A stretch of 64,000 nucleotides of DNA from Clostridia bacterium (lineage in GTDB: Bacteria; Bacillota; Clostridia; RGIG6154), in contig JAFQRW010000022.1 in assembly GCA_017409875.1 (NCBI GenBank), positions 8,673 to 72,672 on the forward strand. The letters are read 5' to 3'. Each line of letters opens with the position of its first letter. Position 1 is the first letter of the stretch. The translations under genes and the position numbers were made by a program. A model generated the notes under the pieces. That model had not been told where the DNA came from. It was given only the letters and a program-made list of their open reading frames with translations, and made no database searches. This document shows positions 8,860-17,329 of the stretch, piece by piece.

Positions 8860-9909
8860 TTAATTCTCTCCTTCTGCTTTTGCACTTTGCAAAATATCAT
8901 TTATTCTTCTGTCCATATCCTTGCCAAGCCTATAACAGTTTCCTTGTGATATATGATTTTTCCAAGCATTATACGAAGTATAAAACTTTTCTGCAGGAAG
9001 TTTCCCTTCGACTACAAGCTTTGCCATCTTTATATATTTCTTTTGTTTATTTCGCTTGTTTTGGTTTTTAAGTCTCCTTATCACTTTTCCGCTTCCGGTT
9101 AAATAAAAATGAAAACCCAAGTAGCTTATACCATTTTTCAGCGGAGATATTTGCGTTTTACCATTTAAAGTTAAATCCAGTGTCTTTAAAAACTCTGTTA
9201 TTACCCCAAGGCAATATTTTAAATACTCCTTACTCTGATGAATAAGCCAGAAATCGTCCATAAACCTTCCGTAATACTCAATCCCAAGCTCACCCTTTAT
9301 AAGCTTGTCCATGCCGTCTAAATAAAGAAGTGCAAAACCCTGGTTGATTTGATTTCCCAAAGGTATTCCTGCTCCTTCAGTACTGTCAATAAACAAATTG
9401 CAAAGATTACAAATATCCTCATCATAGGAAAAGTAATAATTGACAATATCCTTTAACTGTTCGTGAGAAATACTGTAGAAAAACTTGGTTACATCACATT
9501 TTAAAATATATCCGTTAATGCCGTGCTTTTGGTAAAACGCCTGCATCTGTTCTGATAACCTATCCCGACCAAAGGACGTACCCTTTCCAATCTGTCCGGC
9601 ACAGTTATCATATATAAACACATCTTTCAGTTTTGGTAAAATCACATTATCACATAAGCTGTGTTGCACAACCTTATCTTTAAAAGAGGTTGTTTTAATG
9701 ATGCGTTCTTTAGGCTCATATACTTTAAATTCGGTGTATTCAGACACCTTATATGTTTTGTTTTTCAACTGCTCTACAAGAGTATTAACACCATCTAAAG
9801 CCATGATGTTAAACTTTGCCGAGCTTTTCTTAAAGCCTTTACCGCACTTTGACCTTCTGTAAGCCTTATACATATTCCCAAAATCTGTTACTTTTTCAAA
9901 GTCGGTCAT
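8860..9909 (-). CDS. DGR reverse transcriptase
   Basis: RT motif B' GIPLGNQINQGFALLYL (a LGxxxNQ variant of the DGR IGxxxSQ signature); motif C YGRFMDDFWLI; start set at MTDFEK, which has an AAGGAG RBS; adjacent to TR, Avd and VR. Confidence 0.85.
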   Translation of the reverse strand: MTDFEKVTDFGNMYKAYRRSKCGKGFKKSSAKFNIMALDGVNTLVEQLKNKTYKVSEYTEFKVYEPKERIIKTTSFKDKVVQHSLCDNVILPKLKDVFIYDNCAGQIGKGTSFGRDRLSEQMQAFYQKHGINGYILKCDVTKFFYSISHEQLKDIVNYYFSYDEDICNLCNLFIDSTEGAGIPLGNQINQGFALLYLDGMDKLIKGELGIEYYGRFMDDFWLIHQSKEYLKYCLGVITEFLKTLDLTLNGKTQISPLKNGISYLGFHFYLTGSGKVIRRLKNQNKRNKQKKYIKMAKLVVEGKLPAEKFYTSYNAWKNHISQGNCYRLGKDMDRRINDILQSAKAEGEN

Positions 9910-10016
9910 ACAACACAGCTCCTTTTTGTTTATCCATACGGAAAGGTTGTGCATTCTTTTGGTGTGGTGTTCTGATTTCGGCTTATTGCCTACTCTGTCT
10001 GACTATCCACCAGTAC

Positions 10017-10081
10017 GGGCGAACGCCGTTATTGTTGTTGTAGTTATTGTTATTGTTGATATTACCCGAGGGCGAAACGCA
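10017..10081 (-). repeat. DGR template repeat (TR)
   Basis: 65 bp matching VR1 and VR2. The 36-nt core in coding orientation reads AAT ATC AAC AAT AAC AAT AAC TAC AAC AAC AAT AAC. All 21 TR/VR mismatches fall on TR adenines. Confidence 0.85.
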
Positions 10082-10110
10082 AAGAAAAATACAACGCACA
10101 ACCTATAAAT

Positions 10111-10479
10111 TTATTTTTTCTCTTTTGTTCTCCATGCAATAGACATATACTTCACATCAGAGACCATTTTTGACCAATACTCTGCAGACTTTGCATTAAG
10201 AATACCAAGCTCCATCGAAAGCTCAATGTATGTAAGAAGTTCATCACATAAGGTTATTGCTTTGGTTATTGTTTCACAACGCAGTTTCTTATCTGTTATA
10301 TTGCTTATTCTGTTTGCTTCCATAAGATTTTCGTATATATCCATACTTTTAAGCTGCAGCCTGTCCACAAGAGAATGTCTGTACTTTTTAGGATACCTGT
10401 TCGGATTGCTTGTAAGAACATATGTATGTTTCATAAGCTCCTTGGCTTTTATAACAACCTTCAAATCAGTATCACTCAT
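10111..10479 (-). CDS. avd: Avd-like accessory variability determinant (four-helix-bundle / IVS family)
   Basis: 122 aa, basic and helical; YPKKYRHSLVDRLQ...IYENLMEAN pattern of the IVS/Avd family; lies between the target and TR as in BPP-1. Confidence 0.65.
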   Translation of the reverse strand: MSDTDLKVVIKAKELMKHTYVLTSNPNRYPKKYRHSLVDRLQLKSMDIYENLMEANRISNITDKKLRCETITKAITLCDELLTYIELSMELGILNAKSAEYWSKMVSDVKYMSIAWRTKEKK

Positions 10480-10484
10480 AATTT

Positions 10485-11042
10485 TTACTCCTCAGAAGAT
10501 ACAAAGATATCAGATACAAAGACCAAAACCGGGCGAACGCCGCAATAGTAGTCGTAGTAATCGTAATTGCTGATATCACCCGAGGGCGAAACGCAAACGC
10601 ACCAGCGGTCATTTACATGTTCTGGAGTACTATCAGCTGTAGCGAGCCACCACCATGTATCAATCTTGTGTTTATCAAATATTTCTACATTATCCCTGTA
10701 AAAATCAAATGTAGGGATGCTTATCTTGCTTGTCATACTTCCATATGTCTTAAGTCCGTCAAGGCTTGTAAGGTCTGTCGCAAATTCAAGCACATTTTCC
10801 GCGCCTATTGCATCCTCAATTTTAGGTAATATTTCTTCTGTAAGTCTTTTTAAAATTTCACTTTGAGAAAAGTTGTTGTTTTTGCCGTATGTAGAACCAA
10901 AAACACATTCTTTAGCAACAACCACAGTTCCCTCTTCAGTTTCCTTTACCTTAATAAACTCAACTCCTGCAACGGGAAAAGTTTCACCAATTTTAACTTC
11001 TGATAATTTCATTTTTATTTCCTCCTGATTATTTAGATACAA
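10485..11042 (-). CDS. DGR target protein 1 (C-terminal VR, C-type-lectin-like ...WWWL...CGVRP tail)
   Basis: 185 aa; VR1 is in-frame 15 codons before the stop (CVSPSGDISNYDYYDYYCGVRP). Confidence 0.8.
   Translation of the reverse strand: MYLNNQEEIKMKLSEVKIGETFPVAGVEFIKVKETEEGTVVVAKECVFGSTYGKNNNFSQSEILKRLTEEILPKIEDAIGAENVLEFATDLTSLDGLKTYGSMTSKISIPTFDFYRDNVEIFDKHKIDTWWWLATADSTPEHVNDRWCVCVSPSGDISNYDYYDYYCGVRPVLVFVSDIFVSSEE
10531..10595 (-). repeat. DGR variable repeat VR1
   Basis: 65 bp; differs from TR at 10 positions, all at TR adenines. Confidence 0.85.
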
Positions 11043-11640
11043 AGATATTAGATTTTAAGATACAAAACGGGCGAACGCCGATATCGTCGTAGTAGCAATT
11101 GCCATCGTCGAAATTACCCGAGGGCGAAACGCACTTAACCCAATCGTCATCATCGTGAGTAGGTGTACTGTATGCAGTAGAAAGCCACCACCACTTGTCA
11201 AGTTTTTGCTTGTCAATAGCCTCAACCCATTTGCGATAGTCATTTGCAGTAATTAAAGACATCTTTCTTTTAATTGTTCCGTAGTCTTTTAAACCATCAT
11301 CAGATGTAAGGTCAACTTCATGTTCCATAATGTTGTCTTTGCCGACTATTTCTTCAATCTCTTCACCGAACGCACAGCACAGCTCGTCCACATGCGAACC
11401 GTCATAATTGTTGTTTGAACCAAACTTCTCCGAATCATTCAACAAGCCTTTAAGCAGTACGGCTGTTGCATCTTCCAAATGCTCCAACACAAAAAATTCA
11501 TACTGGCCCAGCTTAAATGTTTCTCCCGGCGCAATGTCAGATAGTTTAATTCCCGCTTCCGCGCCAAACGCCGCTTCGATTGCCTTGACCTGTTCTGCAG
11601 TCAATTCAATCCTTTGATTGTTAATACTTAAATAGTTCAT
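11029..11640 (-). CDS. DGR target protein 2 (paralogue of target 1, with C-terminal VR)
   Basis: 203 aa; VR2 encodes CVSPSGNFDDGNCYYDDIGVRP; overlaps target 1 by 14 nt. Confidence 0.8.
   Translation of the reverse strand: MNYLSINNQRIELTAEQVKAIEAAFGAEAGIKLSDIAPGETFKLGQYEFFVLEHLEDATAVLLKGLLNDSEKFGSNNNYDGSHVDELCCAFGEEIEEIVGKDNIMEHEVDLTSDDGLKDYGTIKRKMSLITANDYRKWVEAIDKQKLDKWWWLSTAYSTPTHDDDDWVKCVSPSGNFDDGNCYYDDIGVRPFCILKSNIFVSK
11070..11134 (-). repeat. DGR variable repeat VR2
   Basis: 65 bp; differs from TR at 11 positions, all at TR adenines. Confidence 0.85.
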
Positions 11641-11691
11641 TTTTCTACTCCTTTTTATGTAAATTTGACATTTCTAATATTTTATGTTAAA

Positions 11692-11904
11692 CTAATTATG
11701 CAAATTGGAGTCTACGCTATGCGTAGCATCCTGCTCGTCTTCTTCCACAAGACGGGCTTTTTTCTTTTCTTTGATATTGTCGGCCATAAGTACAATCGCA
11801 AGCACAGTCGCAGCCGATACACAAACACTTGTTATAACACAACAAAACCAAAGCCTAAATACCATCTCTGTAAAATCCAAATCAATCACTCCTTCCTCAC
11901 GCAA
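11692..11904 (-). CDS. Small single-TM hypothetical protein
   Basis: 70 aa with one hydrophobic helix. A plus-strand ORF on the same DNA looks like antisense noise. Confidence 0.3.
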   Translation of the reverse strand: MREEGVIDLDFTEMVFRLWFCCVITSVCVSAATVLAIVLMADNIKEKKKARLVEEDEQDATHSVDSNLHN

Positions 11905-12157
11905 ATCCTTTTAGTGTTCCAATATGTTCCCAAAACGCACACCCGTGACCGCCGAACTGGTAAACATTTCCCTTGTTCGCCTCTTCGTGCATTACAACAA
12001 CATTGCTTATAGGCTTGTCACTTATAACCTTGCCAAGCTCTAGGCATTCTTTGAGGGTCCTGTACTCTCCATAAAGAGTCTTGGCACTGTTACCTGCAAT
12101 AATCTTAATTATCCCGCCATTAAGCTTTAATTTTTCATCAACCTGCATAATTTTCAC
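11897..12157 (-). CDS. Hypothetical phage protein
   Basis: 86-aa ORF. Confidence 0.4.
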   Translation of the reverse strand: MKIMQVDEKLKLNGGIIKIIAGNSAKTLYGEYRTLKECLELGKVISDKPISNVVVMHEEANKGNVYQFGGHGCAFWEHIGTLKGFA

Positions 12158-12554
12158 TCCTTCTTACAAGTTCTTCTCTTGCATCTTCCTCACTTTCAAA
12201 AACATCACCCACAGGAAAAACATAAACTGCAGTCCGGCAAACAAAATGCTCCGCGCATTCCTTAATAAGCTTCTCAGGTTCAACATTAGTGGTCATTACA
12301 ACGCAATCTCTTCCCAAAGCAATAAACTTTCCGGAGCTTACTCTGCAATACTTTTCGTTACCGTCTTTTGTAATGTACCAAAGCTGTGTACCAGGCAATG
12401 GCAAAACTGCAACCCCTCGCATAAAATAATAATTTTCAAGTCTTTCATTAAGCGGTGTAACGTTGCCCTTCTGAACATCTCTCGCCAAAGTCCCTCGAAG
12501 TACTGCATCCCCTTCTTCTTTTAAGATTTTCAACAACTTGTCCACTGTTTTCAT
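12138..12554 (-). CDS. Hypothetical phage protein
   Basis: 138 aa; AAGGAAA RBS 9 nt upstream. Confidence 0.5.
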   Translation of the reverse strand: MKTVDKLLKILKEEGDAVLRGTLARDVQKGNVTPLNERLENYYFMRGVAVLPLPGTQLWYITKDGNEKYCRVSSGKFIALGRDCVVMTTNVEPEKLIKECAEHFVCRTAVYVFPVGDVFESEEDAREELVRRSENYAG

Positions 12555-12672
12555 TTTTCATCATTTCCTTTCTATCACTTATTTTTTCTATAATGCAGCC
12601 AATTATTATAGGCACTAACAACGCCACATAATAAAACAGCACTATCGCAAAACTATCTAATAGCTTGTCCAC
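12448..12672 (-). CDS. Small membrane protein (the 3' end probably overlaps the next gene)
   Basis: 74-aa ORF; hydrophobic N-terminal half. Confidence 0.3.
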   Translation of the reverse strand: MDKLLDSFAIVLFYYVALLVPIIIGCIIEKISDRKEMMKNENSGQVVENLKRRRGCSTSRDFGERCSEGQRYTA

Positions 12673-12678
12673 TTTTTT

Positions 12679-12918
12679 TCACCTCGTCTTTCTTCTGCTG
12701 TTCTTCTTCATTTTTTCAAGCCACTCTTCAAAATCCTCAAGAGCAACAATAAACCTCGGTTTTAAATTGTCGTTTAAATCATCTAAGGTAAAGGATGGGA
12801 AATCCTTATAGTGCATAATCTTATGCGCCGTATAATATGTACACCCCAAATAATCCTTCACATCATTAACCGTCAAAAATCTCTTTTCTGTAACACTTAT
12901 GCCTTGCATATTCTTCAC
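12679..12918 (-). CDS. Excisionase-like HTH DNA-binding protein
   Basis: 79 aa; LTVNDVKDYLGCTYYTAHKIM, an HTH_17/Xis-like motif. Confidence 0.5.
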   Translation of the reverse strand: MKNMQGISVTEKRFLTVNDVKDYLGCTYYTAHKIMHYKDFPSFTLDDLNDNLKPRFIVALEDFEEWLEKMKKNSRRKTR

Positions 12919-13112
12919 CCCCTTATCTCATTTCCCAATAACTCATCAATAGTACAATTAAATAATGCCGATAGGGCAATAAGTGTATCAGCTCTCGGTT
13001 TTGCCTTACCTGATTCCCACTTTGCTACAGTGCTTCTGTCTATACCAATTTCTTTGGCCACATCTTCCTGTAGTAATTCTCTTGATTTTCTGATTTCTGC
13101 TATTCTTAACAT
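12915..13112 (-). CDS. Cro-like XRE-family regulator
   Basis: 65 aa HTH_3 (LLQEDVAKEIGIDRSTVAKWESG); divergent from the CI-like gene. Confidence 0.7.
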   Translation of the reverse strand: MLRIAEIRKSRELLQEDVAKEIGIDRSTVAKWESGKAKPRADTLIALSALFNCTIDELLGNEIRG

Positions 13113-13270
13113 TTACTCACCTCTCTTCAAAGTGAAGTTTCGTCACTTCTGGTTTTATTATAAGTGATTTTTTCGCACTTGTCAATAGTTTTTTAAAAAA
13201 TAAGTGAAATTTTGTCACACCATATTGAAATGTGATTGTTTTTCACTTATAATTATGTTGAGGTGAAAAT
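13113..13270. promoter_or_regulatory. Lysogeny switch region with four GTGA-N6-8-TCAC operator-like inverted repeats
   Basis: AGTGAAGTTTCGTCACT, AAGTGATTTTTTCGCACTT, AGTGAAATTTTGTCACA and TGTGATTGTTTTTCACT, all between the divergent XRE genes. Confidence 0.5.
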
Positions 13271-14068
13271 ATGAAACTTTTAAAAAATCTGAGAATTTAT
13301 AAAGATATGTTACAAAAAGATGTTGCGGATTATTTGGGGGTCGACAGAACAACTTATGTCAAATATGAAACTGGAGTAAGCGAACCAAGCTTTGAGATGT
13401 TGTTAAAACTTAGAGAACTATTTGGTGTTTCCATAGATTATATGCTTTTGTGTACAAATGTGTGGGAACCAGATATATATGAGGACTATAAAAATGCAAA
13501 AACCAACTATACGAAAATGATGTTAATTTATAGAAATGGACTGCCATGCAATTATCCAGAGGTTGCATTTTTTTACGATAATCAAAACAAGTTTGCATTT
13601 AGCACCGATGCTCATAAAGACGTTGATGCACCATTAGCCTTTGCAATAAGGACCTTATCAGAAGACCAGAAAGCACACCTCTATTCGTACATTTCCTCAA
13701 TGAATGGTGTAGCACTTACTAACACGCCGCTTACAGATGCTGAAATGAATATTATTTCAACTTATCGTACACGTCCAGAAATGCAGCCGGCAATAAACAC
13801 ATTGTTGGGAGTAAACAATACACAAACTCCAAAAACCAATGAAGCAATCACACCATTTATTGGTGATGATATGCGTTATACTGGAAAAGAAGAAACCTCT
13901 ATAAACATTGATAACCTTATAGCAAATGAAAAATATACCAAAGAAGACAAAAAGGATATTATCGACTTTAATGATAAGGTTAGAACAGTTGATTCTGATG
14001 ATGAATTTAAAGCCGTTGCATACGGCGATGGTGACATATCTGACGACGATACTGTAAAACACACATAA
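13271..14068 (+). CDS. CI-like phage repressor (XRE N-terminal HTH plus C-terminal domain)
   Basis: 265 aa; HTH_3 at the N-terminus; faces the integrase end. Confidence 0.65.
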   Translation: MKLLKNLRIYKDMLQKDVADYLGVDRTTYVKYETGVSEPSFEMLLKLRELFGVSIDYMLLCTNVWEPDIYEDYKNAKTNYTKMMLIYRNGLPCNYPEVAFFYDNQNKFAFSTDAHKDVDAPLAFAIRTLSEDQKAHLYSYISSMNGVALTNTPLTDAEMNIISTYRTRPEMQPAINTLLGVNNTQTPKTNEAITPFIGDDMRYTGKEETSINIDNLIANEKYTKEDKKDIIDFNDKVRTVDSDDEFKAVAYGDGDISDDDTVKHT

Positions 14069-14136
14069 TACCCCATTGAAATTTACGAATAAAACCTTTA
14101 ATATTGTAGTATAATCTATTTTTTGGAGGTTTTATA

Positions 14137-14991
14137 ATGAAAAAAATCGATTTATCTGTAAAACAGTTAAAAGAGGAATTTAAGTTAAAAGGTGTTCCCG
14201 GTCTTCGTGATATTAAAAACATAATATCAAAAATGGGCTACACCCTTTTAACTTATGAAAGTAGTGAAGATTTATTAAAGGAATTAAAACTCACAGAGCA
14301 GGCCAAACACTACCCGTCAGTAAGTTGCACAAAAGGTAAAAAGAGCTATACATTTTATCGTGGTGCTGTTCATAGTGATGACCTACCTTTTATTCTTTGC
14401 CACGAGATAGGACATATCTATATGAACCATATAAACTATACAAGCGGATATCGTGATACATCAGATCACAAAGAGGAAGAAGCAAATGTTTTTGCAACAA
14501 GGCTCTTGTATCCGCAAACCCAAAAATCAAGTAAAGCTTCAGCTCTTCTCCCGCTTTTATTATTGTTTACTTTTACCATCGGGTATTTATTAAATACAAA
14601 TGCTGTAAATACCGACTCTATCCCGCAAGAGCCTACAACTTATGCTGTAGAACCCTTGGCAGAAATAAAAACTAACGAAGATGCTGATTTTCTTAATGAA
14701 TTGATAATAAAGGTTGAAACCGCTTCTGAAAAGCCATCCGCTTCACCTAAAGCAGAAATCCCTTCACAATCAACACAAATGCCTGAAGAACAACCTGCAT
14801 CTCAACCAACAATTGTGCGAGAAGTTACAGCCGATATTCTTGATACCACAGAGCAAGTTGTTGTAACCCGCACGGGTAGAAAATATCATAAACCAACCTG
14901 CAGTTATTTAAAAAACAAAACAGGTACAACTACATACACCATAACCGAAGCAGAATCAAACTACTATGCCCCCTGCTCAAGGTGTTTTTAA
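14137..14991 (+). CDS. ImmA/IrrE-family zinc metallopeptidase
   Basis: 284 aa; HEIGH zinc motif (ILCHEIGHIYMNH); one TM segment. Confidence 0.65.
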   Translation: MKKIDLSVKQLKEEFKLKGVPGLRDIKNIISKMGYTLLTYESSEDLLKELKLTEQAKHYPSVSCTKGKKSYTFYRGAVHSDDLPFILCHEIGHIYMNHINYTSGYRDTSDHKEEEANVFATRLLYPQTQKSSKASALLPLLLLFTFTIGYLLNTNAVNTDSIPQEPTTYAVEPLAEIKTNEDADFLNELIIKVETASEKPSASPKAEIPSQSTQMPEEQPASQPTIVREVTADILDTTEQVVVTRTGRKYHKPTCSYLKNKTGTTTYTITEAESNYYAPCSRCF

Positions 14992-15358
14992 CAAGGAGAT
15001 TAAAATGGATGATTATAAGGATTTATATTTCGAAGAATTAAAAGAAGGAAATGAATTGCGTCAAAAGCTAAAGGGTTCTGAAAAGGCTCTTTCCACATTG
15101 AAATCAACGTTCTGGATTACGCTTTACACAATACTGTGCATTTTCTTAACATATACACACAAAAACATCACAGACACTATTATAAAACTTTTCGGATGCC
15201 TACTGATGCTAATCCCCTTTTCTTTTATATACTTTATAAGCTCATTTGTTTTGGCAGACTTTAAAAAATTTTCAAAAAAAGGTAAATTTTTAACAACATC
15301 AGCAATCTTAATAGCAATCCCTGTTATTGTATATTTAGCAATAACAATTCATCAATAA
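14966..15358 (+). CDS. Hypothetical membrane protein
   Basis: 130 aa; three hydrophobic segments. Confidence 0.45.
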   Translation: MPPAQGVFNKEIKMDDYKDLYFEELKEGNELRQKLKGSEKALSTLKSTFWITLYTILCIFLTYTHKNITDTIIKLFGCLLMLIPFSFIYFISSFVLADFKKFSKKGKFLTTSAILIAIPVIVYLAITIHQ

Positions 15359-15409
15359 AAAAACAACCGCCCTACTTTAGGGCGAAACTCAAATAAAGGT
15401 GGTGAAATT

Positions 15410-16543
15410 ATGCCAAAAGAAAGATTAAAGGGCGAAGGAACAGTCAGAAAGCGTTCCGATGGGCGCTGGATGGCTGAAATAATGATTAACAAAAAACGCA
15501 AATCCTTTTATTCCACAAAATCTGCTCAGGATGCACTACGCAAAATGAAACTATATTTAAGAAATCTTGAAGATTGCGTCCCGCCACCGGAAAAATATTT
15601 TGGAGAATATATAGAAAATTGGTACAAACTAAAAAAAGAGCCTAATTTAAAAATCATTTCGGCTCAAACACTAAAAGGTATTATTGACAACCATATTGTT
15701 CCTCGTATCGGCCATTATAAGCTCAACGAACTAACCTCTGAAATTATTGAACGTGAGCTTTTAAACCCTTTAAAGAAAACCCACTCTTATTCCAGGGTAA
15801 AAAAAGTATATGACTATACTAACGCATGTTTAAAATATGCGGTTGCAGAACGCCACATCATTTATAATCCAATGCTCACAGTTGAAAAGCCTAAAACAGC
15901 AAACTTTAAATTTAAAGAAATCGAGATTTTAAGTGATGATGAAATAGGAAAATTTATGGCCGCGCTGGATGCAACATATTCTACCGGAAGACCGATGGTG
16001 AGAAATGCGTATGCGTTTGCCGTTATATTGTATTCGGGCTTAAGAGAAGGAGAACTCTTTGCCCTTCGTTGGAAAGATTATGACAAAAACAAAAAAACAA
16101 TGCTCATAGACGGAAATCTGGTATGTGCCAAAGACGAATCAGGCAAATATAAAATGATTGAGCAATCCTCAACAAAAACAGTGGCAGGGCAAAGAAAAAG
16201 TCCTTTAGGCAAAAAGTGTATCGAAGCATTAGAAAAAATAAGAGAAATGTCAGAACACACTTCCCCTGATGATTTTATCGTTTGTACAAAAGACGGAAAG
16301 CCAATGCGACCAAGAAGTTTCCAAAAATCGCTTGATGCCCTTTCAAAAATCGCCGGCATAAAACACTTAACCCCACATATGCTGCGACACACTTTTGCCT
16401 CCATGTTAATCCAAAAAGGTGTGGATATAAAAGTAGTATCAGAACTTCTCGGCCACGCCTCAGTCAAAATAACTTATGATACATATGTTCACATAATTAA
16501 AGAGCAAAAAATAGAAGCTCTTAATAAATTGGATGAACTTTGA
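15410..16543 (+). CDS. int: Tyrosine-type phage integrase
   Basis: 377 aa; C-terminal catalytic HMLRHTFAS...LGHASVKITYDTYVH. Confidence 0.9.
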   Translation: MPKERLKGEGTVRKRSDGRWMAEIMINKKRKSFYSTKSAQDALRKMKLYLRNLEDCVPPPEKYFGEYIENWYKLKKEPNLKIISAQTLKGIIDNHIVPRIGHYKLNELTSEIIERELLNPLKKTHSYSRVKKVYDYTNACLKYAVAERHIIYNPMLTVEKPKTANFKFKEIEILSDDEIGKFMAALDATYSTGRPMVRNAYAFAVILYSGLREGELFALRWKDYDKNKKTMLIDGNLVCAKDESGKYKMIEQSSTKTVAGQRKSPLGKKCIEALEKIREMSEHTSPDDFIVCTKDGKPMRPRSFQKSLDALSKIAGIKHLTPHMLRHTFASMLIQKGVDIKVVSELLGHASVKITYDTYVHIIKEQKIEALNKLDEL

Positions 16544-16587
16544 TGTTCTACAATTCTCAAAATGATAAATCGTTTTACACAAAAAAA

Positions 16588-16620
16588 AGATGCTGCCCAA
16601 TTAGGTAACATCTTTTTTGT
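16588..16620. terminator. Bidirectional hairpin terminator
   Basis: AAGATGCTGCCC...GGTAACATCTT stem followed by a T-run. Confidence 0.45.
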
Positions 16621-16625
16621 TTGCC

Positions 16626-17057
16626 TTATTCCAAATAATCCTCAATATATTCCCGAAAGTGAACTGCATCAAGTTCGTATTCGTTAAGGTCAAACACGAG
16701 ATTTTGAATTTCATCCTGGTTGGTTGAAATATCAAGGATGTAATCTAAGAGCCTATAATCTTTTATTACGCCGATGCCGTAGGTTTTTATAATGCTATCT
16801 TCAATTGTTATGTCAGAATCAATTAAGAAATAGGTGGTATCAGATGAGAACAGTTCTGCAACTGATATGTTCATCCGCACGGCCAGCAGGTCCATTGTGT
16901 CGAGCTGAACGTTTTCTTTTGCACGCTCGATAAGACTAACGAGCGCTTCACTCATCCCACTGCTTTCTGCAAATTCAAATTGTGTGAGATTGTTTGCCTC
17001 GCGGTAGGTCCTAATTTTCTGTGCAAGTCTTTCTTGCGTTTTCGTCATTTGTAACAT
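16626..17057 (-). CDS. XRE-family HTH transcriptional regulator
   Basis: 143 aa; N-terminal HTH_3 (LTQFEFAESSGMSEALVSLIE). Confidence 0.6.
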   Translation of the reverse strand: MLQMTKTQERLAQKIRTYREANNLTQFEFAESSGMSEALVSLIERAKENVQLDTMDLLAVRMNISVAELFSSDTTYFLIDSDITIEDSIIKTYGIGVIKDYRLLDYILDISTNQDEIQNLVFDLNEYELDAVHFREYIEDYLE

Positions 17058-17099
17058 CTCCCTTTTATATTCAAATTTACAGTAGCCTGTTAAATCAGA

Positions 17100-17265
17100 A
17101 CATAAAACATATTACGGATTTCGACATACTATGACGAAAAGCAAATGTTTTTGATTAAATTTGTTTTAACAAGCGAAAGAAATTTGTTTAAATTTCTTCC
17201 ACTTGGAGACTCGACATATTACGACATCAAAATTTAAAATTACGGTCAATATTACGGTCAAAAAT
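17100..17265. repeat. Direct repeats ATTACGG / TCGACATA (candidate integrase arm-type sites)
   Basis: ATTACGG three times plus ATTACGAC; (T)CGACATA twice; AT-rich context. Confidence 0.4.
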
Positions 17266-17329
17266 TCCAATGTGTTAAATACACCTTGATACGCAAGGCA
17301 TAAAAAACAGTAATTTTATCCCTGCAAAA

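Noticed and set aside
8860-9954. RT as a group II intron maturase or a retron
   Set aside because: There are no intron RNA domains and no msr/msd structure. The RT is flanked by TR, Avd and VR, and carries the DGR-type LGxxxNQ motif.
10017-11134. Three spaced copies of a conserved repeat: could this be a CRISPR array?
   Set aside because: There are only three copies. The spacing is irregular (about 450-480 bp). Two copies lie inside CDS 3' ends and the differences are adenine-specific. This is the DGR TR/VR set, not CRISPR.
11665-12012. 115-aa plus-strand ORF
   Set aside because: It is antisense to co-oriented minus-strand phage genes. Its composition is junk-like and it was treated as spurious.
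12448-12672. 74-aa ORF overlapping the 138-aa gene by 107 nt
   Set aside because: It is kept only as a low-confidence feature. The distal half is probably read-through of the neighbour in another frame.
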